From: Pelomyxa schiedti
Taxonomy: Eukaryota > Protista > Evosea
Assembly (NCBI GenBank): GCA_020536535.1
Contig: JAHLWZ010000562.1
Location: 33,551-97,550, forward strand
Direction of reading: 5' to 3'
Length of the DNA stretch: 64,000 nucleotides
Shown: positions 63,481-64,000 of the stretch, one piece after another
Layout of the letters: every line of letters starts with the position of its first letter
Position numbering within the stretch: position 1 is the stretch's first letter
Notes under the pieces: model-generated
Seen by the model: the letters and a program-made list of their open reading frames with translations, nothing else
The model's database searches: none
What the model was told of the DNA's origin: nothing
Position numbers and translations under genes: made by a program

Positions 63481-64000
63481 AAGTTCTTGAGCTGTTACCG
63501 CGATCTATGCTACGGCTTGCCCCCTTGTACAACCGAATAGGAGCTTCCCTTGTGTTAGCCAACTTCAAATTGCGAAATTTCTAGTCTCCGTGTGTATACA
63601 GAGCTGATTGTGTACAAATACCGTGTATGATTCCTTCTCTTGCACTCGTCAACAATTAATAATGCTCCAGGATGTAATCCGGTAGATTGTACTCACTTCA
63701 ATCTTCATGGTAGTCCAGCCTGAAATTGTCAAATCGTTGGCTGAAATATACTATCTTGGTTGCTCTGTTCTCCACCTTGCAATATGAACGAATTGCAAGA
63801 ATGTAAGGTGTCTCCCTTGTATATTGTTGTTTCATTCACAACCCAGTGGTGCTGTATCTTTCAGTCAGTGAGCAATTCGGTCATGCTGCTTGCAAATTTC
63901 TTGACTTGGAGAACATCAACACTACAAGCTGATGCCACCCCAATCATGAAGTACGGCTCTACCCGGCGTCGTACAGCAAGTTGCCAATTCCCAACCAAAA

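Overview
This is a gene-dense eukaryotic (protist) nuclear region, not a prokaryotic one. Genes are broken by many short GT-AG introns (mostly ~36-70 nt), so the ORF track shows only fragments; the gene models below were spliced by eye and their boundaries are approximate. Gene content suggests an amoebozoan, most plausibly an anaerobic archamoeba such as Pelomyxa (inference): amoeba-type actin D-loop, Roco kinase, a CPRas-type ZnF-vWA module, an Entamoeba-like winged-helix protein, and 'ARxQ..RCGAxS' family proteins. About 20 genes lie in 1-55 kb. A gene-poor tail (56-64 kb) follows, with a palindromic minisatellite, microsatellites and a decayed Ty3/Gypsy RT; two 100-N gaps sit at 55.3 and 59.2 kb. 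Main findings: (1) a spliced gene joining TRAPPC13-like, LRR, Ras, SAM and caspase-like (C14, intact His/Cys dyad) domains; (2) an intron-rich, PhpK-like cobalamin-dependent radical SAM gene head-to-head with a RetSat/CrtI-like FAD oxidoreductase; (3) an actin-ZnF-vWA fusion; (4) a Rab1-like pseudoGTPase fused to a Roco kinase with one in-frame TGA; (5) Ubl-Ubl-vWA-Ras and vWA-YEATS fusions; (6) a non-fungal Mdm31/32 homologue; (7) a mobile F-box-like 'RCGAxS..L(S)P..D' motif on unrelated proteins. All domain calls come from motif recognition; no database searches were run.
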